Below are positions 33,301 to 47,084 of a stretch of DNA of 63,936 bases, piece after piece (positions within the stretch are counted from its first letter, which is position 1; the number at the start of each line of letters is the position of its first letter). The DNA is from Mizuhopecten yessoensis (lineage: Eukaryota): assembly GCF_002113885.1 (NCBI RefSeq), contig NW_018404435.1:12422-76357 (forward strand), in the 5' to 3' direction. The notes under the pieces were generated by a model. It was not told the DNA's origin, ran no database searches, and saw only the letters and a list, made by a program, of their open reading frames with translations. Both the position numbers and the translations under genes were made by a program.

Positions 33301-36300
33301 CGACTGTGGATACAGTCACCACGGGGAATGTATAGAAGTAGGCTGTGGGTACAGAAACCACGGGACATGTGTGGATGTCGGCTGTTGGTATAGAGACCCA
33401 GGAAAATGTGTAGATGTCCATCGTGGGTACAGAGACCATGGGAAATGTGCAGATCTGGACTGTGGGTTCAGAGACTACGGGAAACGATAAGATGTCGATT
33501 TTGGGTACAGAGGCCACGGGAAATGTGCAGATGTGGACTGTATGTCGACTGTGGATACAGTCACCACGGGGAATGTATAGAAGTAGGCTGTGGGTACAGA
33601 GACCCATAGACCACGGGAATTCTGAAGATGTCGACTGTGCGGACACAAACCACCGGACATGTGTAGATGTTCACAGTGGGTACAGAGACCCATAGACCAC
33701 GGGAAATGTAGATGTGGACTGTGGGTTCATGATGTCGACTGTGGGCACATAGATCACAGGAAATGTGTGGATGTCGGCTGTTGGTATAGAGACCCAGGGA
33801 AATGTGTAGAATTCGACTGTAGGTACAAAGGTGGGTACAGAGACCACAGGTAATGTGTTGATGTCGGTTGTGTGGGTATAGAGACCACGGGAAACGTTAA
33901 GATGGCGATTTTGGGTACAGAGACCACCACGGGAAATGTATAAAAGTCGGCTGTGGGTCCAGAGACCCCGGGAAACGTTAAGGGTACATAGATCACGAGA
34001 AATGTGTGGATGTCTGCTGTGGGTACATAGACCGTAGATGTCTACTGTGGGTACATACACCACGGGAAATGTTCAGATGTGGACTGTGGTTTCATTTACC
34101 CCGGACAATGTGTAGATGTCGCCTGTGGGAACAGAGAATACGGGAAATGTATAGATGTCGACTGTAATGTGTAGATGTTCACAGTGGGTACAGAGACCCA
34201 TAGACCACGGGAATTCTGAAGATGTCGACTGTGAGTACAGAAACCACGGGGATTGTGCAGATGTGGACTGTGGATTCATTTACCCCGGACAATGTGTAGA
34301 TGTCGCCTGTGGGAACAGAGACTACGGGAAAGGTACAGAGATCACGGGAATTGTGTAAATGTTGACTGTAGGTACAAAGGTGGGTACAGAGACCATGGGA
34401 AATGTGTAGATGTTGACTGTGGGTACATAGACCACGGTACATGCTTAGATGCTCACTGTGGGTACAGAAACCACGGGGATTGTGCAGATGTGGACTGTGG
34501 GAAATGTGTAGATATCGAATGAGGGTACAGACACCACCAGATGTGGACTGTGGGAAATGTGTAGATGTTGACTGTGGATACAGACAACACGGGAAATGTT
34601 TAGATGTCGAATGTGTGTACAGAGACCCCGAGAAACGTTAAGATGTAGATTTTGGATAGAGAGACCCAGGGAAATGTGTAGAAGTCGGCTGTGGGTACGT
34701 GGATGTCGGCTGTTGGTATAGAGACCCATGTAGATGTCGACTGTAGATACATAGACCACGGGACTGTGTAGTTGTAGACTGTGGATACAGAGACTACGGG
34801 AAAAGTTAAGATGTCGATTTTGGGTAAAGAGTCCGATGGGAAATGTGCAGATCTGGACTGTGGGTTCAGAGACTACGGGAAACGATAAGATGTCGATTTT
34901 GATTACTGAGACCAGGGAAATCCCACAGTCCACCTCTGCACATTTCCCGTGGTATTTGTCTGTACCCACATTCGACATCCACATATTTCCCGTGGTCTTT
35001 GTACCTACAGTCGAATTCTACACATTTCCCTTGGTCTCTGTACCCACAGCCATTTCCCGTGGTCTATGGGTCTCTGTACCCACAATCGACACCTACACAT
35101 TTTCCGGGGTTTCTGTACCCACAGCCGGCTTCTTCACATTTCCCGTGGTCTTTGAATCCACAATCTGCACATTTCCCGTAGTACCCACAGCCGACATTCA
35201 CACATTTCCCGTGATCTATGTGCCCACAGTCGACATCCACACAATTCCCGTGGTCTATGGGTCTCTGTACCCACAGCCGACTTTTATACATTTCCCGTGT
35301 TGTCTGTATCCACAATCGACATCTACTCATTTCCCGGGGTCTCTATACCCACAGCAGACATCCACACATTTCCGAGGTCTATGAACGCACAGTCCACATC
35401 TACATTTCCCGTGGTGTCCGTATCCTCTGCACATTCCCCGTGGACTCTCTATCCCAAATCGACATCTTAACCAGTCGACATCTACGCATTTCCCGGGGTC
35501 TCTGTTTCCACAGTCGACATCAACACATTTCCTGTGGACTCTGTACCCACAATAGACATCTAAACATTTCCCGTGGTCTTTGATCCCACTCGACTGTAGG
35601 AACAGAGACTACGGGACATGTGTAGATGTTCAATGCGGGTACACAGACTACGGGAAACGATAAGATGTCGATTTTGGGTAAAGAGTCCGATGGGAAATGT
35701 GCAGATCTGGACTGTGGGTTCAAAGACTACGGGAAATGTGCAGATCTGGACTGTGGGTTCAGATACCCCTGAGAATGTGTAGATGTCGCCTGTGGGAACA
35801 GAGATCCCGGGAAATGTGTATAGACCACGGAAATGTGTGGATGTCTGCTGTGGGTACATAGACAATGGGACATGTGTAGATGTTCAATGTGGGTACAGAG
35901 ACCCATAGACCACGGGAAATGGCTGTGGGTACAGAGGCCCCGGGAAACGTTAAGGTGTCGATTTTGGATAGGGAGACCACGGGGAATGAGCAGATGTGGA
36001 CTGTCTGTGGATACAGACAACACGGGAAATGTATAGATGTCGACTGTAATGTGTAGATGTTCACAGTGGGTACAGAGACCACCACGGGAAATGTGTAGAT
36101 GTCGACTGGGTACATAGATCACGGGAAATGTGTGGATGTCGGCTCTGGGTACATAGATCACGGGAAATGTGTGGATGTCGGCTGTGGGTACAGAGACCCC
36201 GGGAAATGTGTAGATGTTGACTGTGGGTACATAGACCACGGAAATTGGGTAGGTGTCGACTGTGGGAACAGAGCCCCCGGGAAATGTGTAGATGTTGACA

Positions 36301-39300
36301 GAGACTACGGGAAATGTGTAGATGTTCACTGTGGGTACATAGACAATGGGACATGTGTAGATGTTCACAGTGGGTACAGAGACCCCGAGAAACGTAAAGA
36401 TGTCGAATTTGGTTATTGAGACCACGGGAAATGTGCAGATGTGGACTATTGATTCAAAGACCTGGGAACAGAGCCCCCGGGAAATGTGTAGATGTTGACC
36501 CCCGGAAAATGTGTAGATGTCGATTGTGGGTACAGAGACCACGGGAAATGTGTAGATGTCGAATGTGGGTACAGAGACTACGGGAAATGTTTAGATGTCG
36601 ATTGTGGATACAGACAACACGGGAAATGTTTAGAAGTCGGCTGTTGGTACAGAGACCACGGGAATAGTGTAAATGTCGACTGTAGGTACAAAGACCACGG
36701 GAAATGTGTAGATGTCGACTGTGGGAACAGAGACTCCGGGAAATGTGTAGATGTCGACCGTGGGTTCAGAGACTACGGGAAATGTGCGGATGTGGACTGT
36801 GGGGTCAAAGACCACGGGACATGTGTGGATATTCACTGTGGGTACAGAGACCCCGGGAAATGTGTAGATCTCGACTGTGGGCACAGAGACCACGGGAAAT
36901 GTGTGAATGTCGTCTGTGGGTACAGAGACCCCGGGAAATGTGTAGATGTCGACTGTGGGTTCAGAGACTACGGGAAATGTGCAGATGTGGACTGTGGGTT
37001 CAAAGACCACGGGACATGTGTGGATATTCACTGTGGGTACAGAGACCCCGGGAAACGTTAAGATGTCGATTTTGGGTACAGGGTCCACGGGAAATGTGTG
37101 CATGTCGGCTGTGGGTACAGAAACCCCGGAAAATGTGAAGATGTCGACTGTGGGAGCAGAGACCCCGGGAAATGGGTAGATGTCCATTGTGAGTACAGAG
37201 ACCACGGGAATTTTGTAAATGTTGACAGACAGCACGGGAATTGTGTGGATGTCGCCTGTGGGAACAGAGATCCCGGGAAATGTGTATATGTCGACTGTGG
37301 GAATAGAGACCCAGGGTAATGTGTAGATGTCGAGTGTGGGAACAGAGAATACGGGAAATGTGTATATGTCGACTGTGGGAGCAGAGACTACGGGAATGTG
37401 TAGATGTCGCATGCCTGTACATAGAGCACGGGAAATGTGTGCATGTCGGCTGTGGGTATAGAGACCCAGGGAACTGTCTAGACGTCGACTGTGGGAACAT
37501 AGACTACGGCAAATGTGTAGATGTCGCCTGTGGAAACAGAGACCCCGGGAAATGCGTAGATGTCGACTGTTGGAACAGAGACCCCGGTAAATGTGTAGAT
37601 GTCCATTGTGGGGACAGAGACCACGGGAATTTTGTAAATGTTGACTGTAGGTACCAGGACCCCGGGAAATGTATAGAAGTAATGTGTGGATGTCGAATCT
37701 GGGTACAGAGACCACTGGAAATGTTCAGATGTGGACTGTGCGTTCATAGACTACGGAAATGTGCAGATGTGGACTATGGATTCAAAGACCACGGGAAATG
37801 TGTGGATGTCGGCTGTGGGTACAGAGACCCCGGAAAATGTGTAGATGTCGATTGTGGGTACAGAGACCACGGGAAATGTGTAGATGTCGAATGTGGGTAC
37901 AGAGACTACGGGAAATGTTTAGATGTCGATTGTGGATACAGACAACACGGGATATGTTTAGAAGTCGGCTGTGGGTACAGAGACCACGGAAATAGTGTAA
38001 ATGTCGACTGTAGGTACAAAGACCACGGGAAATGTGTAGATATCGAATGAGGGTACAGACACCACGGGAATCGTGTGGATGTCGACTGTGGGTACATAGA
38101 CCACGTGAAATGTGTAGATGTCGACTGTGGAAACAAAGACTACGGGAAATGTGTAGATGTCGACTGTGGGTATAGAGACCACGGGAAATGTGTGAATGTC
38201 GGCTGTGGGTACAGAGACCCGGGAAATGTGTAGATGACGACTGTGGGTTCAGAGACTACGGGAAATGTGAAGATGTGGACTGTGGGTTCAAAGACCACGG
38301 GACATGTGCGGATGTTCACTGTGGGTACAGAAACCCCGGGAAACGGTAAGATGTCGATTTTGGGTACAGAGTCCGATGGGAAATGTGCAGATGTGGACTG
38401 TGGGTTCAAAGACCACGGGACATGTGCGGATGTTCACTGTGGGTACAGAAACCCCGGGAAACGGTAAGATGTCGATTGTGGGTACAGAGACCACGGGAAA
38501 TGTTCAGATGTGGACTGTGCGTTCATAGACTACTGAAATGTGTGGATGTCGGCTGTGGGTACAGAGACCCCGGGAAATGTGTAGATGTCGATTTTGGGTA
38601 AAGAGACCACGGGGAATGTGCAGATGTGGACTGTGGGTTCAGTTACCCCGGAAAATGTGTAGATGTCCATTGTGGGTACAGAGACCACGCGAAATGTTCA
38701 GATGTGGACTGTGCGTTCATAGACTACTGAAATGTGTGGATGTCGGCTGTGGGTACAGAGACCCCGGGAAATGTGTAGATGTTGATTGTGGGTACAGAGA
38801 CCACGGGAAATGTGTTGATGTCGACTGTGGATACGGACACCACGGGAAATGTGTAGATGTCGACTGTGGGTACAGAGACCACGGGACATGTGTAGATGTT
38901 CAATGTGGGTACAGAGACTACGGGAAACGTTAAGATGTCGATTTTGGGTACAGAGTCCACGGGAAATGTGCAGATGTGGACTGTGGTTTCAAAGACCACG
39001 GGAAATGTGTGGATGTCGGCTGTGGGTATAGAGACCCAGGGAAATGTGTAGATGTCGGCTGTGGGAACAGAGACCCCGGGAAATGTGTAGATGTCGACTG
39101 TGGGAACAGAGACTACGGGTAATGTGTAGATGTTCACTGTGGGTATATAGACCACGGGATATGTGTAAATGTTCACTGTGGGTACAGAGACCCCGGGAAA
39201 CGTTAAGATGTCGATTTTGGGTACAGAGTCCACGGGAAATGTGCAGATGTGGACTGTGGGTTCAAAGACCACGGGAAATATGTAGATGTCGATTGTGGGT

Positions 39301-42300
39301 ACAGAGACCACGGGAAATGTATAAAAGTCGGCTGTGGGTACAGAGACCACGGGAATTTTGTAAATGTTGACTGTAGGTACAAGGACCCCGGGAAATGTGT
39401 AGAATTCGACTGTAGGTACAAAGACCACGGGAAATGTGTAGATGTCTACTGTGGGTACATAGACCACGGGAATTCTGAAGATGTCGACTGTGGGAACAGA
39501 GACTACGGGAAATGTGTAGATGTCGAATGTCGGTACATAGATCACGGGAAATGTGTGGATGTCGGCTGTGGGTATAGAGACCCAGGGAAATGTGTAGACG
39601 TCGACTGTGGGAACAGAGATCCCGGGAAATGTGTAGATGTCGACTGTGGGAACAGAGACTACGGGAAATGTGTAGATGTTCACTGTGGGTACATAGACGA
39701 CGGGACATGTGTAGATGTTCACTGTGGGTACAGAGAACCCGGGAAACGTTAAGATGTCGATTTTGATTACTGAGACCACGGGAAATGTGCAGATGTGGAC
39801 TGTGGATTCAAAGACCACGGGAAATGTGTGGATGTCGGCTGTGGGTACAGAAACCCCGGAAAATGTGTAGATGTCGATTGTGGGTACAGAGACCACGGGA
39901 AATGTGTAGATGTCGAATGTGGGTACAGAGACCACGGAAAATGTTTAGATGTCCACTGTGGATACAGACAACACGGGAAATGTATAGAAGTCGGCTGTGG
40001 GTACAGAGACCACGGGAATAGTGCAAATGTCGACTGTAGGTACAAAGACCACGGAAAATGTGTAGATATCGAATGTGGGTACAGACACCACGGGAATTGT
40101 GTGGATGTCGACTGTGGGTACATAGAACACGTGAAATGTGTAGATGTCGACTGTGGGAACAGAGACTACGGGAAATGTGTAGATGTCGACTTTGGGTACA
40201 GAGACCACGGGAAATGTGTGAATGTCGGCTGTGGGTATAGAATGTGTGAATGTCGGCTGTGGGTACATAGACCACGGGAAATGTGTAGATGTCGACTGTG
40301 GGTACAGAGACTACGGGAAACGTTAAGATGTCGATTTTGGATACAGAGACCACGGGGAATGTGCAGATGTGGACTGTGCGTTCATAGACCACGGAAATGT
40401 GTGAATGTCGGCTGTGAGTACAGAGACCCAGGGAAATGTGTAGATGTCGATTGTGGGTACAAAGACCACGGGAAATGTGTTGATGTCGACTGTGGATACG
40501 GACACTACGGGAAATGTGTAGATGTCGACTGTGGGTACAGAGACCACGGGACATGTGTTGATGTTCAATGTGGGTACAGAGACTACGGGAAACGTTAAGA
40601 TGTCGATTTTGGGTACAGAGTCCACGGGAAATGTGCAGATGTGGACTGTGGGTTCAAAGACCACGGAAAATGTGTGGATGTCGGCTGTGGGAATAGAGAC
40701 CCAGCGTAATGTGTAGATGTCGGCTGTGGGAACAGAGACCCCGGGAAATTTGTAGATGTCGACTGTGGGAACAGAGACTACGGGAAATGTGTAGATGTTC
40801 ACTGTGGGTACATAGACCACGGGACATGTGTAGATGTTCACTGTGGGTACGGAGACCCCGGGAAACGTTAAGATGTCGATTTTGGGTACAGAGTCCACGG
40901 GAAATGTGCAGATGTGGACTGTTGGTTCAAAGACCACGGGAAATGTGTGGATGTCGGCTATGGCTACAGAGACCCCGGGAAATGTGTAGATGTCGAATGT
41001 GGGTACAGACACCACGAGAAATGTATAGAAGTCGGCTGTTGGTACAGAGACCACGGGAATTGTGTAATTGTCGACTGTGAGTACAGAGACCACGGGAAAT
41101 ATGTAGAAGTCGACTGTATGTACAAAGACCCCGTGAAATGTGTAGATGCCGACTGTAGGTACAAAGATCCCGGGAAATGTGTAGATGTCGATTGTGGGTA
41201 CAGAGACCACGGGAATTGTGTAAATGTTGACTGTAGGTACCAGGACCCCGGGAAATGTGTAGAATTCGACTGTAGGTACAAAGACCACGTGAAATGTGTA
41301 GATGTCGACTGTGGGAACATAGACCACGGGAATTGTGAAGATGTCGACTGTGGGAACAGAGACTACGGGAAATGTGTAGATGTTCACTGTGGGTACAGAA
41401 ACCCCGGAAAATGTGTAGATGTCGATTGTGGGTACAGAGACCACGGGAAATGTTTAGATGTCCACTGTGGATATGAAGATGTCGACTGTGGGAACAGAGA
41501 TGTCGACTGTGGGAACAGAGACCCCGGGAAATGTGTAGATGTCGATGTGGGTACAGAGACCACGGGAAATGTTTAGATGTCCACTGTGGATATGAAGATG
41601 TCGACTGTGGGAACAGAGACTACGGGTGTAGATGTCGACTGTGGGTACATAGACCACGTGAAATATGTAGATGCGACTGTGGGAACAGAGATCCCGGGAA
41701 ATGTGTAGATGTCGACTGTGGGTACAGAAACCCCGGAAAATGTGTAGATGTCGATTATGGGTACAGAGACAACGGGAAATGTGTAGATGTCGAATGTGGG
41801 TACAGAGACCACGGGAAATGTTTAGATGTCCACTGTGGATACAGACAACAAGGAAAATGTATAGAAGTCGGCTGTGGGTACAGAGACCACGGGAATAGTG
41901 TAAATGTCGACTGTAGGTACAAAGACCACGGGAAATGTGTAGATATCGAATGTGGGTACAGACACCACGGGAATTGTGTGGATGTCGACTGTGGGTACAT
42001 AGACCACGTGAAATATGTAGATGTCGACGGTGGGAAAGGAGACTACGGGAAATGTGTAGATGTCGACTTTGGGTACAGAGACCACGGGAAATGTGTGAAT
42101 GTCGGCTGTGGGTACAGAGACCCCGGGGAATGTGTAGATGTCGACTGTGGGTACAGAGACTACGGGAAACGTTAAGATGTCGATTTTGGATACAGAGACC
42201 ACGTGGAATGTGCAGATGTGGACTGTGGGTACAGATACCCCGGAAAATGATTAGATGTCGATTTTGGGTACAGAGACCACGGGAAATGTTCAGATGTGGA

Positions 42301-45300
42301 CTGGGCGTTCATAGACCACGGAAATGTGTGGATGTCGGCTGTGGGTACAGAGACCCCGGGAAATGTGTAGATGTCGATTGTGGGTACAGAGACCACGGGA
42401 AATGTGTTGATGTCGACTGTGGATACGGACACTACGGGAAATGTGTAAATGTCGACTGTGGGTACAGAGACCGCGGGACATGTGTTGATGTTCAATGTGG
42501 GTACAGAGACTACGGGAAACGTTAAGATGTCGATTTTGGGTACAGAGTCCACGGGAAATGTGCAGATGTGGACTGTGGGTTCAAAGACCACGGGAAATGT
42601 GTGGATGTCGGCTGTGGGAATAGAGACCCAGGGTAATGTGTAGATGTCGGCTGTGGGAACAGAGACCCCGGGAAATGTGTAGATGTCGACTGTGGGAACA
42701 GAGACTACGGGAAATGTGTAGATGTTCACTGTGGGTACATAGACCACGGGACATGTGTAGATGTTCACTGTGGGTACAGAGACCCCGGGAAACGTTAAGA
42801 TGTCGGTTTTGGGTACAGAGTCCACGGGAAATGTGCAGATGTGGACTGTTGGTTCAAAGACCACGGGAAATGTGTGGATGTCGGCTATGGCTACTGAGAC
42901 CCCGGGAAATGTGTAGATGTCGAATGTGGGTACAGACACCACGAGAAATGTATAGAAGTCGGCTGTGGGTACAGAGACCACGGGATTGTGTAATTGTCGA
43001 CTGTGAGTACAGAGACCACGGGAAATATGTAGAAGTCGACTGTATGTACAAAGACCCCGGGAAATGTGTAGATGCCGACTGTAGGTACAAAGATCCCGGG
43101 AAATGTGTAGATGTCGATTGTGGGTACAGAGACCACGGGAAATGTGTAGATGTCGAATGTAGATTCAAACACCACGGGAAATGTGTAGATATCGAATGTG
43201 GATACAGACAACACAGGAAATGTGTAGATATCGAATGTGAATTCAAACACCACGGGAAATGTATAGAAGTCGAATGTGGGTACAGTGACCACGGGAAATG
43301 CGTAAATGTCGGCTTTGGGATACATAGACCACGAGAAATGTGTAAATGTCGGCTGTGGGTACAGACACCACAGAAAATGTGTAGATGTCGACTGTGGGAA
43401 CAGAGACTACGGGAAATGTATAGATGTCGACTGTGGGTACATAGATCACGGGAAATGTGTGAATGTCGGCTCTGGGTACATAGATCACGGGAAATGTGTG
43501 GATGTCGGCTGTTGGTATAGAGACCCAGGGAAATGTGTAGATGTCGACTGTGGGTATAGAGACCCCGGGAAATGTGTAGATGTCGACTGTGGGAACAGAG
43601 ACTACGGGAAATGTGTAGATGTTCACTGTGAGTACGGGAAATGTGTAGAAGTCGACTGTATGTACAAAGACCCCGGGAAATGTGTAGATGCTGACTGTAG
43701 GTACAAAGACCCCGGGAAATGTGTAGATGTCGATGTGGGTACAGAGACCACGGGAAATGTGTAGATTTCGAATGTGGATTCAAACACCATGGGAAATGTA
43801 TAGAAGTCGGCTGTAGGTACAAAGACCCCGGGAAATGTGTAGATGTCGATTGTGGGTAAAGAGACCACGGGAAATGTGTAGATATCGAATGTGGGTACAG
43901 ACACCACGGGAAATGTGTAGATGTCGACTGTGGGTACAGAGACTACGGGAAATTTGTAGATGTCGACTGTGGGTACATAGACCACTGGAAATGTGTAGAT
44001 GTCGACTGTGGGTACAGAGACTACGGGAAATTTGTAGATGTCGACTGTGGGTACATAGACCACTGGAAATGTGTAGATGTCGACTGTGGGTACAGACACC
44101 ACGGGAAATGTATAGAAGCCGGCTGTGGGTACAGAGACCACGGGAATTGTGTAAATGTCGACTGTAGGTACAAAGACCACGGGAAATGTGTAGATATCGA
44201 ATTAGGGTACAGACACCACGGGAAACGATAGATGTCAACTGTGGGTACATAGACCACTGGAAATGTGTAGATGTCGACTGTGGGAACAGAGACTACGGGA
44301 AATGTGTAGATGTCGACTGTGGGTACATAGACCACGGGAAATGTGTGAATGTCGGCTGTGGGTATAGAGACCCCGGGAAATGTGTAGATGTCGACTGTGG
44401 GTACAGAGACTACGGGAAACGTTAAGATGTCGATTTTGGGTACAAAGACCACGGGAAATGTGTAGATGTCGACTGTCGGTACAGAGACCACGAAAATTGT
44501 GTAAATGTCGGCTGTGGGTACAGAGACCATGGGAATTGTGTTAATATCGGCTGTTGGTACAAAGACCACGGGAAATGTGTAGATGTCGACTGTCGGTACA
44601 GAGACAACGGGAAATGTGTAGATGTCGAATGTGGGTACAGAGACCACCGGAAATGTGTAGATGTCGACTGTGAGTACAGAGACCACGGGAAATGTGTAGA
44701 AGTCGACTGTATGTACAAAGACCCCGGGAAATGTGTAGATGCTGACTGTAGGTACAAAGACCCCGGGAAATGTGTAGATGTCGATGTGGGCACAGAGACC
44801 ACGGGAAATGTGTAGATTTCGAATGTGGATTCAAACACCACGGGAAATGTATAGAAGTCGGCTGTGGGTACAGAGACCACGGGAATAGTGCAAATGTCGA
44901 CTGTAGGTACAAAGACCACGGAAAATGTGTAGATATCGAATGTGGGTACAGACACCACGGGAATTGTGTGGATGTCGACTGTGGGTACATAGAACACGTG
45001 AAATGTGTAGATGTCGACTGTGGGAACAGAGACTACGGGAAATGTGTAGACGTCGACTGTGGGTACATACACCAGGGGAAATGTGTGGATGTCGGCTGTG
45101 GGTAAAGTGACCACGGGAAATGTGTAAATGTCGGCTGTGGGTACAGAGACCATGGGAATTGTGTTAATATTGGCTGTGGGTACAAAGACCACTGGAAATG
45201 TGTAGATATCGAATGTGGGTACAGACACCACGGGAAATGTGTAGACGTCGACTGTGGGTACATAGACCATGGGAAATGTGTAGTATGTACAAAGACCCCG

Positions 45301-46315
45301 GGAAATGTGTAGATGCTGATAGATGTCGACTGTGGGTACATACACCAGGGGAAATGTGTGGATGTCGGCTGTGGGTATAGAGACCACGGGAAATGTGTAA
45401 ATGTCGGCTGTGGGTACAGAGACCATGGGAATTGTGTTAATATTGGCTGTGGGTACAAAGACCACGGGAAATGTGTAGATGTCGACTGTCGGTACAGAGA
45501 CCACCGGAAATGTGTAGATGTCGATTGTAGTTACAGACATCACGGGAAATGTATAGAAGTCGGCTGTGGGTACAGAGACCACGGGAATTGTGTAATTGTC
45601 GACTGTGAGTACAGAGACCACGGGAAATGTGTAGAAGTCGAATGTATGTACAAAGACCCCGGGAAATGTGTAGATGCTGACTGTAGGTACAAAGACCCCG
45701 GGAAATGTGTAGATGTCGATGTGGGTACAGAGACCACGGGAAATGTGTAGATTTCGAATGTGGATTCAAACACCATGGGAAATGTATAAAAGTCGGCTGT
45801 AGGTACAAAGACCCCGGGAAATGTGTAGATGTCGATTGTGGGTACAGAGACCACGGGAAATGTGTAGATATCGAATGTGGGTACAGACACCACGGGAAAT
45901 GTGTAGATGTCGACTGTGGGAACAGAGACTGCGGGAAATGTGTAGATGTCGACTGTGGGTACATACACCAGGGGAAATGTGTGGATGTCGGCTGTGGGTA
46001 TAGAGAACCCGGGAAATGTGTAAATGTCAACTGTTGGTACAGAGACTACGGGAAACGTTATGATGTCGATTTTGGTTACAGAGACCACGGGAAATGTGCA
46101 GATGTGGACTGTGGGTTACATAGACCACGATAAATGTGTAGGTGTCGGCTGTGGGTACAGTAACCACGGGAAATGCGTAAATGTCGGCTGTGGGTTACAT
46201 AGACCACGAGAAATGTGTAGGTGTCGGCTGTGGGTACAGAGACCACGGGAATTGTATAAATGTCGGCTGTGGGTACAGTGACCACGGGAAATGTGTAGAT
46301 TTCGACTGTTGGTAA
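27358..46315. repeat. ~19-kb 39-bp satellite (TGTGGGTACAGAGACCACGGGAAATGTGTAGATGTCGAC) with irregular higher-order structure and an internal inversion
   Basis: Roughly 480 monomers by length. Recurrent variant monomers. Reverse-oriented block at ~34921-35589. Confidence 0.98.
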
Positions 46316-47084
46316 AGATACCTCACAACGGTGTGTGAGATTAATACATCAGCTAGTGATGTAGGTCGAGAGGAAGCTCTACAAACTTCTGAGACAAAAA
46401 CAGTTTTCATCAAACTGAAGAGACCGGATTTAGGGTCACTGCAAAACACTGTTTATGTGTATAGGGATATAAATCAATATAATAGCAACTGACTCACACT
46501 TTGTACAGAGGTACTTTATATGGGATTTGTGTGTAAGGAGATGCAAGAGCAAGGACGACGTCCGAAACGTCACAGAGTAAATAACACCAGGCGATCGGCG
46601 GTTATAACATGCCGCAGTCCTATCGTGTCGATAAAAATAGCATTCCACGTCTTCCACACCCGCTGTATGTCATATTGTCATGGTATGTACTGTTGACGGA
46701 AATAACTGAGCGTCGCCTGCACATTATGATATACACTGTTACAGCGCGGACACCGATTCACAGGTAAGAGAGAGAGAGAAAGAAGATAATAGCGCCAAGG
46801 GATGGAATAGAGTGTAAAATGAAATGGGAAAAAAAAGATGGAAAACGTAAAGTGAATACAGAATAAAGAAGAGATGGAACGAAAATTAGAAATGAAGTAA
46901 AGCAGGAATACAGGGGAGATAATTAGAGACTAGAGATCGACATAGGAAATAGATAGTAAAGAGAAAAAGGTAACAGGATAGACAGAGAGACGTTACATAA
47001 TAAATGTAATAAAACATCGGAACAGGAAGGAATACAGATAACATAGCAGATAGGGAGTAAAAGATTAATATTATGTAAAGGGAA

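Noticed and set aside
27358-46315. Hundreds of ORFs, including a Cys-rich CGYRDHGKCVDVD repeat reminiscent of EGF-like or antifreeze solenoid proteins
   Set aside because: The 39-bp consensus is open in 5 of 6 frames. The Cys frame is repeatedly stopped by the CGTTAA variant, indels shift frames freely, and there is no unique N- or C-terminus.
46540-46580. Hammerhead-like GGAC-GAC-GTCC-GAAAC-GTC (also CTGATGAG..GAAA at ~22428)
   Set aside because: The first lacks the CUGANGA box and the second lacks stem II; at best these are degenerate remnants.
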